Source: an uncultured Gemmatimonadaceae bacterium (GTDB lineage: Bacteria > Gemmatimonadota > Gemmatimonadetes > Gemmatimonadales > Gemmatimonadaceae). Taken from it: a DNA stretch of 64,000 bases. The stretch covers positions 64,001-128,000 of the forward strand of contig CAWGJO010000020.1 in assembly GCA_963822945.1 (NCBI GenBank), read 5' to 3'. Position 1 is the first letter of the stretch. Every line of letters starts with the position of its first letter. Made by a program: the position numbers and the translations under genes. Positions 45,997-58,483 of the stretch are shown piece by piece. The notes below the pieces were generated by a model. The model had not been told where the DNA came from, did not search any database, and saw only the letters and a list, made by a program, of their open reading frames with translations.

Positions 45997-47710
45997 GTTG
46001 GCGGCCGCCCGTGCAGTTCCGCAGGCCGTGGCCGACCCCTCGTTGTTCCACCTGCTCGAGCCCAAGTGGCTCACGGCGCGGGCGCGCGTGCTGGCCGGCG
46101 AGCGCGGCCGGGGCGCCCGGTTCACGGTGCTCGCCGTCTTCGGCGCGCTGTTCTGGTCGTTCGTGTACTTCGTGCTGTATCGCCTGCTGCACTACTTCCG
46201 CGGCGTCGCCGAGATCGGCCCCCTGCTGGCGGGGAAGCTGCTGGGCCTGATCCTGCTCGGCTTCTTCGCGATCCTCGTGCTCTCCAACATCATCACCGCG
46301 CTGTCGAGCTTCTTTCTCGCGCGCGACCTCGACCTGCTGGTGTCGGGGCCGGTGGACTGGCTCAAGTTGTACCTGGCCAAGCTGCTCGAAACGACGCTGC
46401 ACTCGAGTTGGATGGTCACCCTGCTCGCCATTCCGATGTTCGCGGCGTACGGTCGCGTCTACGAAGGCGGGTGGTGGTTCCCGGTGGTCAGCGCGTCGGT
46501 GTTCCTGCCCTTTCTGGTCATCCCGGCGGTGATCGGTTCCGCGGTCACGCTGCTCCTGGTGAACATCTTCCCGGCGCGGCGCACGCGGGATATCCTCAGC
46601 GTCATCGCGGTCCTTGCGGCGGGCGGCATCGTCCTGCTGTTCCGGCTCGTGCGGCCGGAACGGCTGGCGCGCCCCGAGGGATTCCGCTCGCTGGTGGACT
46701 TCGTCACGGTGCTGCGCACGCCGACCTCCCCGATGCTGCCCAGCGAGTGGGCGGCGCGCGGCGTGATGAGCTGGCTGCAGTACCGGCTGGACTACCTGCC
46801 CTTCTACCTCCTCTGGACGTCGGCCGCGGCGGCGATCGTGCTCGGGGCGGTGCTCCACCGCGCGCTGTACCTGAAGGGGTTCAGCAAGGCGCAGGAGAGC
46901 GGTGTGCAGTGGGCGCGCGGCCGCGTGTGGCGGCGCATCGGCATGTTCGTGCTGCGTCCACTGTCGGTGCTCAAGCGCGAGCTGGTGTTCAAGGAACTCC
47001 GGCTGTTCTTCCGCGACACCACCCAGTGGTCGCAGCTCATCCTGCTCGGCGTGCTGGTGGTCGTGTACGTGTTCAACATCAAGTACCTCCCGCTGCACGG
47101 CGACGGGATGACGTTCTTTCTCATCAACATCGTCCCGTTCCTGAACCTCGTGCTGGCGGGATTCGTGCTCGCGTCGATCGCGGCCCGGTTCATCTTCCCG
47201 GCGGTGAGCCTGGAAGGGCGCACGCTCTGGCTGCTGCGCTCCAGCCCCATGGAGGTGCGCGACCTGCTGTGGGCGAAGTTCTGGGTCGGGACCCTGCCCC
47301 TGCTCGTGCTCGCCCTCGCCATCGTGGCGGTGACCGACTATCTGCTCGATGTGAGCCCGTTCATGTTCGCCGTCTCGGTGCTCACCATCGCCCTCATGAC
47401 CTTCGCCGTGGCCGGAATGGCGCTGGGCTTCGGGACGCTGTTCCCCCAATTCGAGACCGAGAACGCCGCGCAGATCCCGACGTCGTTCGGCGGATTGCTG
47501 TTCATGATGGCGTCGGTGGCGATGATCGGCGGCGTGGTGATTCTCGAAGCCCGGCCGGTGTACACGTACCTCTGGGCCCGGATGTACCACACGTCGGCCA
47601 GCCCGGTGGAGATGTGGCTCGGCTTCGGGGGGGCGGGCCTCCTCTGCGTCGCCTGTACATTGGTCCCCATTCGAATCGCATTGGGGCGGCTCTCCGCCGT
47701 GGAGCGGTGA
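45989..47710 (+). CDS. Putative ABC exporter permease
   Basis: Many TM helices; DLDLLVSGP, KELRLFFRD, SLEG..WLLRSSP. Confidence 0.85.
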   Translation: MPELAAARAVPQAVADPSLFHLLEPKWLTARARVLAGERGRGARFTVLAVFGALFWSFVYFVLYRLLHYFRGVAEIGPLLAGKLLGLILLGFFAILVLSNIITALSSFFLARDLDLLVSGPVDWLKLYLAKLLETTLHSSWMVTLLAIPMFAAYGRVYEGGWWFPVVSASVFLPFLVIPAVIGSAVTLLLVNIFPARRTRDILSVIAVLAAGGIVLLFRLVRPERLARPEGFRSLVDFVTVLRTPTSPMLPSEWAARGVMSWLQYRLDYLPFYLLWTSAAAAIVLGAVLHRALYLKGFSKAQESGVQWARGRVWRRIGMFVLRPLSVLKRELVFKELRLFFRDTTQWSQLILLGVLVVVYVFNIKYLPLHGDGMTFFLINIVPFLNLVLAGFVLASIAARFIFPAVSLEGRTLWLLRSSPMEVRDLLWAKFWVGTLPLLVLALAIVAVTDYLLDVSPFMFAVSVLTIALMTFAVAGMALGFGTLFPQFETENAAQIPTSFGGLLFMMASVAMIGGVVILEARPVYTYLWARMYHTSASPVEMWLGFGGAGLLCVACTLVPIRIALGRLSAVER

Positions 47711-47883
47711 CCACTTTACGGTTCCTTAATACCAAGAGTTCGTTGATGCCGGCGGTGACGCGGTGGCCGTGTGACGGGTCAAGATCGGCGCCCACTCCCA
47801 TGGACGCACCCCGCGTCCCCGGATGGGCAACGCTTCGCCCGACCCGGACGGGCGTTGAACGGTCACCGATCGAGGAGGCTGGA

Positions 47884-48213
47884 ATGGTTCGCATGCGTTG
47901 GCTCGCGCTGGCGCTCGTCTGCTGCATGGCGACGACGGTTCACGCGCAGACCACTCAGGACACCGGCAAGGCCAAGACGGCCATGACGAAGGCCGATACG
48001 CACAAGGCCAGCACGCACACGGCCCGCGCGCACAAGGCGGAAGGCACGAAGATGTCGATGGAGCACAAGAGCACGAAGGCGGAAACGCGCAGCTCCAAGT
48101 CCAAGATGGAAGCGAAGGGCTCGAAGACCACCGCCAAGACGGCCAAGCGCCACGCGCGTAAGAGTGCGAAGCCGAAGGCCAAGACCGACTCGAGTACGAA
48201 GAAGAAAGGCTGA
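47884..48213 (+). CDS. Small secreted Lys/Thr/Ala-rich low-complexity protein
   Basis: GAGGAGG RBS; signal peptide ...LALVCCMATTVHA-Q; biased AAG/GCC codons; terminator downstream. Confidence 0.75.
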   Translation: MVRMRWLALALVCCMATTVHAQTTQDTGKAKTAMTKADTHKASTHTARAHKAEGTKMSMEHKSTKAETRSSKSKMEAKGSKTTAKTAKRHARKSAKPKAKTDSSTKKKG

Positions 48214-48232
48214 CGCCCCACGCGTCAGGCCG

Positions 48233-48276
48233 GACTCCCCGGGACGCCACGCGCGTTCCGGGGAGTCGTTCGTTTC
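48233..48276 (+). terminator. Intrinsic terminator
   Basis: GACTCCCCGGGACGC...GCGTTCCGGGGAGTC followed by GTTCGTTT. Confidence 0.7.
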
Positions 48277-48544
48277 AGACCCGGCGTCCGTCCCCGCGGG
48301 CGAGCGGCCGCCCGCAGTTGGAGCAGTAGACGGCGTCGGCTTCGGGACGCAGACCGCAGTCGGGACATTCGGGCCGGCCGGCGCGGAAGGCCCGGAGCGC
48401 GGCTTCGACCGAGTCGGCGGCACCCGGCACCACCGGCGCCGACGGCACCGGCGCGGATTCGCCGGGTGGGAAGAAGAGCGGGTACAACACCACGGCCAGC
48501 GCGCCGATGGCGAGCGCGGTTCCCACCAGCAGCGGCGTGCTCAC
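48275..48544 (-). CDS. Membrane-anchored zinc-ribbon protein
   Basis: GTG overlaps the upstream stop; TM helix, then CPDCG...YCSNCG. Confidence 0.75.
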   Translation of the reverse strand: MSTPLLVGTALAIGALAVVLYPLFFPPGESAPVPSAPVVPGAADSVEAALRAFRAGRPECPDCGLRPEADAVYCSNCGRPLARGDGRRV

Positions 48545-49848
48545 GCGTCGCTCCGCGGAGGTGCCACGCGTGGAGCGGCCACCGGCAGCATCGCGGCGAT
48601 CGCGCCGAGTACCAGCACCGCCGCCCCCAGCCAGAGTCCCCCCGCCAGCGGAACCAGGGTCACGTGTACGAAGGCCAGATCGCCGTTCGTGGAATCCACG
48701 GCAATTCGGAGATCCACCAGTGGCATGGCCCGCAGCGCGGGCTCCGATACGGGCGTGCCCCCGCCCTGCGCCGTGTGGTACGTGAGTTGCCGGCTCACGA
48801 TCAGTCCGAGCGGCGTGCTCCCATGCCAACTCTCGAGCGCGACGGCGGTCACGTCGTGGTCGGCGGTGCCGTACCGCGACACGCCCTGGCTCAGGAAGCG
48901 CCATTCGTGTCCCAGCGGACCTGGGACACGGGATTCCTGCCCGGTGCGGAGCTGCAACTGGCGCGACGTCGAGAACGCGCCCGCCGCCAGCCCGATCAGC
49001 ACGACCACCGCACCGACGTGGCTCAGATGTTCGCCCACGCGCCAACGCTGGCGCGGCCCGCGGCCCACGTGGAGAATCGCGCCGGTTAGCAGCCAGAGCA
49101 CCAACGCCACGACTGCAAACGGTGTCCACCGCCACACGCCACCGGCCGGCGCGTATGCGTACCATCCGTGCATCTGCAACGCGAGACCGAACGAGAGCAG
49201 TGTCCACGCCGGAAGCAGCCAGGGAAGCATCACGGACGCCGGAGCACGGCGCGGCGCGGGGCGCGAGACCCGGACACCCACCGCTACCGCCGCGCCCACC
49301 GCCGCGGTGGCGACGCCGATCAGTTCCGCGAGCCGCGGCAACACCATCGCGGGGTGGCGCAGCATCGGATCGAGACCCAGCCCGTCGGCGGCGAGCCAGC
49401 CGAGCCGCTCGTAGGGATTGCGCCAGAAGCAGAGTGTGAGCAGCAGCACGAGCAGTAGCGCGCCGATCGTTCCCGCGACCCATGCGCTCGCCTGCCGGCT
49501 CCGCGCGGCCCACGTGAACACCGCCCCGCTGCCGAGTGCGGCGAGCGCGAAACCGGCCACCAGCAGCGACCCTGCCGTGCCGCTCCAGAGGGCCGACACC
49601 ACGTACGCCCGCGGTAGATCGAGACTCGTATGCCGCGCGACATAGGCGAAGGAGAAGTCGCGCGACAGGAGCGCGGCGATCACACCGGCGTTGGCGACCA
49701 GGAGCGCCGCGGCGGCCACGTAGACGGCCCGCCGCCCGCTGGCGCTGAGATCGGCCCGGCGCGTGGCCCCGCCCGCAAACGAGACGGTCGTGCCCCACGC
49801 CGCCATGAGCAGCGCGATCCACAGACAGAGTTCGCCGACCAGGATCAT
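48541..49848 (-). CDS. CcmF/NrfE-like membrane protein, short and degenerate
   Basis: DFSFAYVARHTS..LP..Y.VSALWSGTAGSLL, NPY, DGLGLDPMLRHP, GEHLSHVG match the CcmF scaffold; WWD motif eroded. Confidence 0.75.
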   Translation of the reverse strand: MILVGELCLWIALLMAAWGTTVSFAGGATRRADLSASGRRAVYVAAAALLVANAGVIAALLSRDFSFAYVARHTSLDLPRAYVVSALWSGTAGSLLVAGFALAALGSGAVFTWAARSRQASAWVAGTIGALLLVLLLTLCFWRNPYERLGWLAADGLGLDPMLRHPAMVLPRLAELIGVATAAVGAAVAVGVRVSRPAPRRAPASVMLPWLLPAWTLLSFGLALQMHGWYAYAPAGGVWRWTPFAVVALVLWLLTGAILHVGRGPRQRWRVGEHLSHVGAVVVLIGLAAGAFSTSRQLQLRTGQESRVPGPLGHEWRFLSQGVSRYGTADHDVTAVALESWHGSTPLGLIVSRQLTYHTAQGGGTPVSEPALRAMPLVDLRIAVDSTNGDLAFVHVTLVPLAGGLWLGAAVLVLGAIAAMLPVAAPRVAPPRSDA

Positions 49849-49890
49849 GGGGTCACGGTTCGTGCCGCCGGGTGGCCCGTGCGCCGCGCA

Positions 49891-51372
49891 TCAACCCGCG
49901 TCCTCGTCGCGCGCCCACGCCACCGCCGCCCGCATGGCTCTGGCCCAGCCCCGGCGCCAATCGGTCATCGTGCTCCGCGGCCGCGTGGGCTCGAAGGTGG
50001 CCACCTCCTGCACGGCGTAGAACTGCGCCGCATCGGCCCACACGCCGGCGGCGATGCCGGCCAGCCCGGCGGCGCCGAACGCCGTCGTCTCGACGTTGTC
50101 CGGCCGCTCCACCGCCACGCCGAGTACGTCGGCCTGGAACTGCATGAGCCAGTCGTTCTGCGTGGCGCCGCCGTCCACGCGCAGCCGGTCGAAGGCCGTG
50201 CCCGAGACGGCGACCATGCTGTCCACCACGTCGGCGGTGCTGTACGCCATCGCCTCCAGCGCCGCGCGCGCCAGATGCGCGCGCCCCGCGCCGCGCGTGA
50301 GACCCACGATCGTGCCGCGGGCGTGCGGCTCCCACACGGGCGCCCCCAGCCCCACGAGCGCCGGCACGAAGTACACGCCCTCGTTGGACTCGAGTCCGGC
50401 GGCGAGCGCCTCGGTTTCCCCGGCCTGCGCCACCACGCCCAGTCCGTCGCGCAGCCACTGCACCGCGGCGCCGGCAATGAAGATCGCCGCCTCGAGCGCG
50501 TACGCCGGCGCGCCGGTCGCGTCGCAACCGATGGTAGTGAGAATGCCGGGCGGTGCGTGCGGCCGTTCGTCGCCGGCATACAACAGTACGAAGGCCCCGG
50601 TGCCGTACGTGTTCTTGCCCATGCCCGGCACCCAACAGCCCTGTCCGAACAGCGCGGCCTGCTGGTCGCCGGCCACGCCGCGGATCGGCAGATCGGCGCC
50701 GAACCATTCGCGGCGCGCGGTACCGAAGTCGCCGCTGGAGCGCCGGACCTCGGGGAGCATGGCGCGCGGCACTCCGAACAGCGCGCACAACTCGTCGCTC
50801 CATGCGCGGGCATCGATGTCGTACAGCATGGTCCGCGACGCATTGGTGTGATCGGTGGCGAACACGCCGCCGCCGGTGAGCTTCCAGATCAACCACGCAT
50901 CCACGGTGCCCACCGCCAGCTCCTCGGGGGCGAATCGCTCGAGCAGCCGCTGTTCGCGCAGCAGCCACTCGATCTTGGTGGCGGAGAAATAGGGATCGAT
51001 CACCAGCCCGGTGCGCGCGCGGATCCGGTCGGCGTGCGGCGCGAGCTCCGCGCAGCGCGCCGCGGTACGGCGGTCCTGCCACACGATGGCGCGGTGCACG
51101 GGCTTCCCGGTGGCCCGCTCCCACACGACGACCGTCTCGCGCTGATTGGTGATCCCGATGGCGTCGGGGGTCACTCCAGCTTCACCGATCGCATCGCGAC
51201 CGGCATCGAGCGTGCGTTCGAACAGCTCGTCGGCGTCGTGCTCCACCCACCCCGGACGCGGAAAGTGCTGCGTGATCTCGCGGTACCCCCGCCCCGCAAT
51301 TCGCCCGTCGGCGGCGATCACCAGGCAGGTCACGCCGGTCGTGCCTTCATCGATGGCCAGAACGTGTTTCAT
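49891..51372 (-). CDS. glpK: Glycerol kinase
   Basis: [49 protein letters not shown]. Confidence 0.94.
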   Translation of the reverse strand: MKHVLAIDEGTTGVTCLVIAADGRIAGRGYREITQHFPRPGWVEHDADELFERTLDAGRDAIGEAGVTPDAIGITNQRETVVVWERATGKPVHRAIVWQDRRTAARCAELAPHADRIRARTGLVIDPYFSATKIEWLLREQRLLERFAPEELAVGTVDAWLIWKLTGGGVFATDHTNASRTMLYDIDARAWSDELCALFGVPRAMLPEVRRSSGDFGTARREWFGADLPIRGVAGDQQAALFGQGCWVPGMGKNTYGTGAFVLLYAGDERPHAPPGILTTIGCDATGAPAYALEAAIFIAGAAVQWLRDGLGVVAQAGETEALAAGLESNEGVYFVPALVGLGAPVWEPHARGTIVGLTRGAGRAHLARAALEAMAYSTADVVDSMVAVSGTAFDRLRVDGGATQNDWLMQFQADVLGVAVERPDNVETTAFGAAGLAGIAAGVWADAAQFYAVQEVATFEPTRPRSTMTDWRRGWARAMRAAVAWARDEDAG

Positions 51373-52395
51373 GCGGAGGCCCGAAAGTCGAAGGGTGGGC
51401 GGTGCACGCCGCGGTCGCTCACGATGGCGGTGATGAGCCCGGCCGGCGTGACGTCGAACGCCGGATTGTACACGGGCACGTCGGCCGGCGCCGTGAGCGC
51501 GCCGAATCCGCGCCGGACCTCGTCGGGCGCGCGCTGCTCGATCACGATGTCGGCCCCCGTTGGCGTTGCCGGGTCGAAGGTGGAACTCGGCGCCGCCACG
51601 TAGAACGGCACGCCGTGATGCCGCGCGGCGACGGCCAGCGCGTACGTGCCGATCTTGTTGGCCACGTCGCCGTTCGCGGCGATCCGGTCGGCGCCTACGA
51701 TGCAGAGGTCGATCTCGCCGCGCCGCATCACCGACGGCGGCCATCGCGTCGGCGATGAGGACGACGTCGATGCCGGCCCGCTGCAGTTCCCAGGCGGTGA
51801 GCCGGCTGCCCTGGAGCAGCGGGCGCGTTTCGTCCACGAACACACGCACGCGGTCGCCGCGTTCGGCCGCCAGGTAGACGGCGGCCAGCGCCGTGCCGAT
51901 GCCTCCGGTGGCCAGCGCGCCCGCGTTGCAGTGCGTGGCCACGCGCGCGTCGGCCGGCAGGAGCGTCAGCGCATGTTCGCCGATGCGCCGGCACATCGCG
52001 CGGTCCTCATCGAGGATCGCCGTCGCTTCGCCCACCAGCACATCGCGGAGTGCGTCGCCGGCGCCGCGCGCCACCCGCACCATGCGATCGAGCGCCCAGG
52101 ACAGGTTCACCGCCGTCGGCCGGGTCCCACGCAGGGCATCGGCCACCTCGGCGGCGCGCCGGCCGCGGTCGGCCTCGCCCAGCCCCGCGGCGTCGGACAC
52201 GACGACCGCAAAGGCCATCGCGGCGGCAATCCCGATCGCGGGCGCCCCGCGCACGGCCAGCGTCGTGATGGCCTCGCACGCCTCGTCGAGGGTGCGCAGG
52301 TCGCGCTCCAGATGGTGCTCGGGGAGCGCCCGCTGATCGATGATGCGCACGCTGCGACGGTCGGGACCCCAGCGCACGGCCTCCGGCATTGGCAT
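51369..52395 (-). CDS. mtnA: S-methyl-5-thioribose-1-phosphate isomerase; one extra base near 51737
   Basis: [42 protein letters not shown], then in the next frame [25 protein letters not shown]. Confidence 0.92.
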
Positions 52396-52459
52396 GGCCG
52401 CAATGTATCCGGGTGCTTGCCCCGGAGTTAGATTCGGGGACATTCCAACCCCCGCCGCC

Positions 52460-53239
52460 ATGTCCGAATCTCTAGTCACCTTCGACGTCGCGGACCGCAT
52501 CGCGACGATCACGCTGAACCGCCCCGACAAGCTCAACGCGATCAACGACGCGCTGATGGGGGCGCTCGGCAAGGCCATCGATCAGGTACGCGCACGCGAC
52601 GACATCGCGGGCGCGGTGCTCACCGGCGCGGGACGCGCGTTCGTGGCCGGCGCCGACATCGCCGAACTGCAGCGCAAGACGCCGATCGAGGCGCACGCGA
52701 TGTCGCGCCGCGGGCAGGCGCTGTTCCGGCACATCGAGATGCTGGCCAAGCCGGTGATCGCGGCCGTGAACGGCTTCGCGCTGGGCGGGGGATGCGAATT
52801 GGCCATGGCGTGCCACGTCCGGATCGCTTCGGAGCATGCCAAGTTCGGGCAGCCCGAAGTGAAGCTGGGGATCCTTCCGGGCTACGGCGGCACGCAGCGG
52901 CTGCCGCGGCTGGTCGGAGCCGGCCGGGCGCTGCAACTCCTGCTCACCGGCGACACCATCGACGCCTCCGAGGCGCTGCGGATCGGGCTCGTGAACGCCG
53001 TGGTGCCGGCCGCCGAGTTGCTCGAGGTGACGCGGCAGATGCTCGCCCGCATGGTGGCCAACGGGCCGCTCGCCGTGGCCCACTGTATCGACGCGGTGCA
53101 CCGCGGCGCCGACGTCCCGCTCGACGAGGCGCTGGCGCTCGAGGCCTCGAAGTTCGGCCTGCTGGCCGCTTCGGCGGACATGAAGGAAGGCACGACGGCG
53201 TTCCTCGAGAAGCGGGCGGCGCAATTCACGGGCCGGTGA
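52460..53239 (+). CDS. Enoyl-CoA hydratase/crotonase
   Basis: LNRPDKLNA, AFVAGADI, GFALGGGCEL, FGQPEVKLG, GGTQRL. Confidence 0.94.
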   Translation: MSESLVTFDVADRIATITLNRPDKLNAINDALMGALGKAIDQVRARDDIAGAVLTGAGRAFVAGADIAELQRKTPIEAHAMSRRGQALFRHIEMLAKPVIAAVNGFALGGGCELAMACHVRIASEHAKFGQPEVKLGILPGYGGTQRLPRLVGAGRALQLLLTGDTIDASEALRIGLVNAVVPAAELLEVTRQMLARMVANGPLAVAHCIDAVHRGADVPLDEALALEASKFGLLAASADMKEGTTAFLEKRAAQFTGR

Positions 53240-54354
53240 CGTCGGCCGCCGTGCGGCTGACGACGCTCGCGCTTCGCGACTTCCGCAACTTCGAGCGGCA
53301 GGATCTCGATTTGCCCGCCGACGGATTGGTGGTGGTGGGCGAGAACGGCCAGGGCAAGACGAATCTGCTGGAGGCGGTGTATTACCTGCAGTTGCTGCGC
53401 AGCGTACGGGGCGCCCGCGACGTGGATCTCGTGCGGTTCGGCGCCGCGGGGTTTCACGTGGAGGGCGTCGTCTGCGGGGGACGCCGCATCGCGGTCGGGT
53501 TCGAGCGCGCGTCGCGGCGCAAGCGGGTGACCGTGGACGGCGTGGCGATGCAGCGGCTGAGCGACGGCATCGGCGCCCTGCCGGCGGTGATGTTCTCGCC
53601 GGCCGACGTGGAGCTGGTGAGCGGCGCGCCCGTGGCGCGCCGCCGGTACCTGGACATCCTGCTCGCGCTCACGTCCCGGTCCTACCTGGCGGCGCTGCAG
53701 ACGTACCGGGGCGCGCTGGCGCGGCGGAATGCCGCCCTGCGCGACGCCGCGCGCACGGGGCGTGCCGATGCGCGGGTGAGCGTGTGGGACGTCCCGCTGG
53801 CCGAGGCGGGGGGCGTGCTCTGGCGCCAGCGCTGCGACTGGGTGGACCGCACGGCGGAGCGGTACGCCCGCCTGTGCGAGGCGATCGGCGAGTCGCGCAC
53901 GGCCACGCTGCGGTACGCGACCGCGCTGGACGGAGCGGCGGATCCTGCGGCGGCAATCGCCGCGGCGCTCGAGGCGAAACTGGCGCTCGACGTGCGGCGC
54001 GGCATGACGCAGGCGGGCCCGCACCGCGACGATCTGGCGCTGGCGCTCGACGGGCGCGACCTCCGTACCTTCGGATCGGCCGGGCAGCAGCGGTCGGCGG
54101 CGATCGCGCTGCGCATGCTCGAATGGGAGACGCTGCGCGAAGCCTGCGGCGCGGCACCCGTGCTCCTGCTGGACGATCCGTTCGCCGAACTCGACGCGCG
54201 CCGGGCGGCGCGCATTCTCACGCTGCTCTCCGACGCCGGCATCGGCCAGACGATTCTCACGGTCCCGCGCGAGACCGACATCCCGCCGGAGTTCACGCGG
54301 CTCGAGCGTTCGCGGGTGGCAGGCGGCGTGATGCACGCCTGGCAGGCGGCATGA
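53236..54354 (+). CDS. recF: DNA replication/repair protein RecF
   Basis: FRNF, GENGQGKTNLLEA, RRRYLD, GPHRDDL, SAGQQR, LLLDD. Confidence 0.94.
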   Translation: MTSAAVRLTTLALRDFRNFERQDLDLPADGLVVVGENGQGKTNLLEAVYYLQLLRSVRGARDVDLVRFGAAGFHVEGVVCGGRRIAVGFERASRRKRVTVDGVAMQRLSDGIGALPAVMFSPADVELVSGAPVARRRYLDILLALTSRSYLAALQTYRGALARRNAALRDAARTGRADARVSVWDVPLAEAGGVLWRQRCDWVDRTAERYARLCEAIGESRTATLRYATALDGAADPAAAIAAALEAKLALDVRRGMTQAGPHRDDLALALDGRDLRTFGSAGQQRSAAIALRMLEWETLREACGAAPVLLLDDPFAELDARRAARILTLLSDAGIGQTILTVPRETDIPPEFTRLERSRVAGGVMHAWQAA

Positions 54355-54662
54355 CCGACCGGAAGCGCGGGAAGCCGACCCCCCTGAAGGACGTCGTCCC
54401 GGCGGTGCTGGGCGAGAGCGGCCTGTCGGAGCGCCTGGAACAGGCGGGGGTGATCGTGCAGTGGCCCGCGATCGTCGGCCGCGACATCGCGAAGGTGACG
54501 CAGGCGATCTCGGTGGACAAGAAGGGCGTATTACAGGTGGCGGTGACGAACAGCGCGTGGATGACGGAGCTGTCGATGATGGAGCCGGAATTGCTCCGCG
54601 CGATCAACGAGAAATCGGGGTCGCGGAAGGTCCAGCGGATCCGGTGGCGGCTGGTGCGCTAA
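54351..54662 (+). CDS. dciA: DUF721 / DciA-family helicase-loading protein
   Basis: WPAIVG.DIA; GVLQVAV.NSAWMTEL; canonical recF-DUF721-gyrB position. Confidence 0.82.
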   Translation: MTDRKRGKPTPLKDVVPAVLGESGLSERLEQAGVIVQWPAIVGRDIAKVTQAISVDKKGVLQVAVTNSAWMTELSMMEPELLRAINEKSGSRKVQRIRWRLVR

Positions 54663-54685
54663 GCGGTTGTCCGACTGTGACTTAA

Positions 54686-56737
<2,052 letters not shown>

Positions 56738-56756
56738 CCGTCGGACAGCGGAGTAT

Positions 56757-56789
56757 CGAACGGGGCCCCAGGTGTTGGGGCCCCGTTCG
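56757..56789. terminator. Hairpin after gyrB, facing arsC
   Basis: CGAACGGGGCCCCA-GGTGT-TGGGGCCCCGTTCG. Confidence 0.7.
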
Positions 56790-56877
56790 TGTACCCGAGT
56801 GCGCGCCCATACAGCTCACCTTCGGTGGTCGGACGCGGCTCGCCTCATCGCGCGGGGCCAACCGCGCCCACGGGAGA

Positions 56878-57384
56878 TTACGAATGCTCGGGAACCGCTG
56901 CCCCGGGCTTCGCGATCTCCCCGACCCGCAACTCCAACATCCGCTGCTCCAGCTTCTCCACCGGCAGGGCAAGCAGCAGATCGATCCGCGCGTTCAGGAC
57001 CTGATAGGTCTCGCGGAAGGCGCGCGTGCGTGCCTCCGCCGGCTCCACGTCCGCCGGATCTGGCATTCCCCAATGTGCGAACGCGGGGTGCCCGGGAAAC
57101 ACGGGACAGGTCTCCTTGGCATTGTCGCACACCGTGATCACCAGATCCCAGGGTTCGTGCTGGATCTCGTCGATCGTCTTCGGGCGACGTCCGCTCCACT
57201 CGATGCCGTGGTCGCGCAGCACTTCGATCGCCCCCGGGTTCACACGCGCCGCGGGCCTGGTGCCGGCGCTCCCCACCCGGAACCGCTCCCGCCCCTTCCT
57301 GGCCAGGATCGCCTCGGCGATCTGGCTGCGCGCCGAGTTGCCGGTGCAGAGAAAGAGCACGCCCAGTTTTGGCGTCGTGGTCAT
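56878..57384 (-). CDS. arsC: Arsenate reductase, LMW-PTP/thioredoxin type
   Basis: [44 protein letters not shown]; ars context. Confidence 0.9.
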   Translation of the reverse strand: MTTTPKLGVLFLCTGNSARSQIAEAILARKGRERFRVGSAGTRPAARVNPGAIEVLRDHGIEWSGRRPKTIDEIQHEPWDLVITVCDNAKETCPVFPGHPAFAHWGMPDPADVEPAEARTRAFRETYQVLNARIDLLLALPVEKLEQRMLELRVGEIAKPGAAVPEHS

Positions 57385-58483
57385 GCGACCGCCTCCCGTG
57401 AGAAGAATCGTCCGCGCGCCCAGAGCGAGACGTAGACGAGGCCGATGAGCGCCGGCACCTCGATGAGCGGCCCCACCACCGCCGCCAGCGCCTCGCCCGA
57501 TCCGATGCCGAACGTTGCCACCGCAACCGCGATGGCCAATTCGAAGTTGTTCCCGGCCGCCGTGAACGAGAGGGCGGCCGTATCCTCGTAGCCGAACCCG
57601 AGCTTGACGGAGAGGAAGAACGCCAGACCGAACATCACGGCGAAGTACACCACCAGCGGCACGGCGATGCGGACCACGTCGAACGGCAGCTGCACGATCC
57701 GGTCACCCTGCATCGCGAACATCAGCACGATGGTGTAGAGCAACCCGACGAGCGCCGTGGGCCCGATGCGTGGAATGAACGTCCCGTCGTACCATGCCTC
57801 GCCGCGCTTCGCCACCAGCACGCGTCGCGTGAGATAGCCGGCGAGCAGCGGAATGCCGAGGAAGATGAACACGCTTCTGGCAATGGCGGCCATCGACACG
57901 TCAGCGCCGTGGTATCGGCCCCGAACCATCCCGGGACCACCGCCAGGAAGAAGTAGCCGAGCAGCGAGTACGTGAGGATCTGGAACACGGAGTTGAGCGC
58001 CACGAGCACGGCCGCCAACTCGCCCGATCCGCAGGCCAGCGAATTCCAGATCAGCACCATCGCGATGCAGCGGGCCAGCCCGATCATGATCAGCCCGTTG
58101 CGATAGTGCGGCAGATCGGGCAGCAGCAACCACGCCAGCGCGAACATCACGAGCGGGCCGAGCACCCAGTTGAAGGCGAGCGAGGTGCCGAGCAGCTTCC
58201 GGTTCGCCACGTGGCCGCGGATCGTTTCGTAGCGGACCTTGGCGAGCACCGGGTACATCATCCAGAGCAGGCCGACCCCGATGGGCACCGAGACCCCAGC
58301 CACCTGCACGCGATCGAGCGCCGCGCCGAGGCCGGGGAAGACCCGCCCGAGCACGATTCCCGCGCCCATGGCCGCAAAGATCCACAGCGGCAGGAAGCGG
58401 TCGAGCGTGGACAGCCGGCGCACCAACGCCGCCGGCGCATCGGGGTGAGCGCTCGGCGGCGCAGCCTCCACCGGAGGGCTCAT
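57381..58483 (-). CDS. acr3: Acr3-family arsenite efflux permease; one base missing near 57900
   Basis: [34 protein letters not shown], then in the next frame [20 protein letters not shown]. Confidence 0.92.

Noticed and set aside
49891..52578. Apparent 895-aa MtnA-GlpK fusion
   Set aside because: Produced by the one-base insertion in mtnA near 51737; the real MtnA C-terminus lies in another frame and glpK has its own ATG at 51372.
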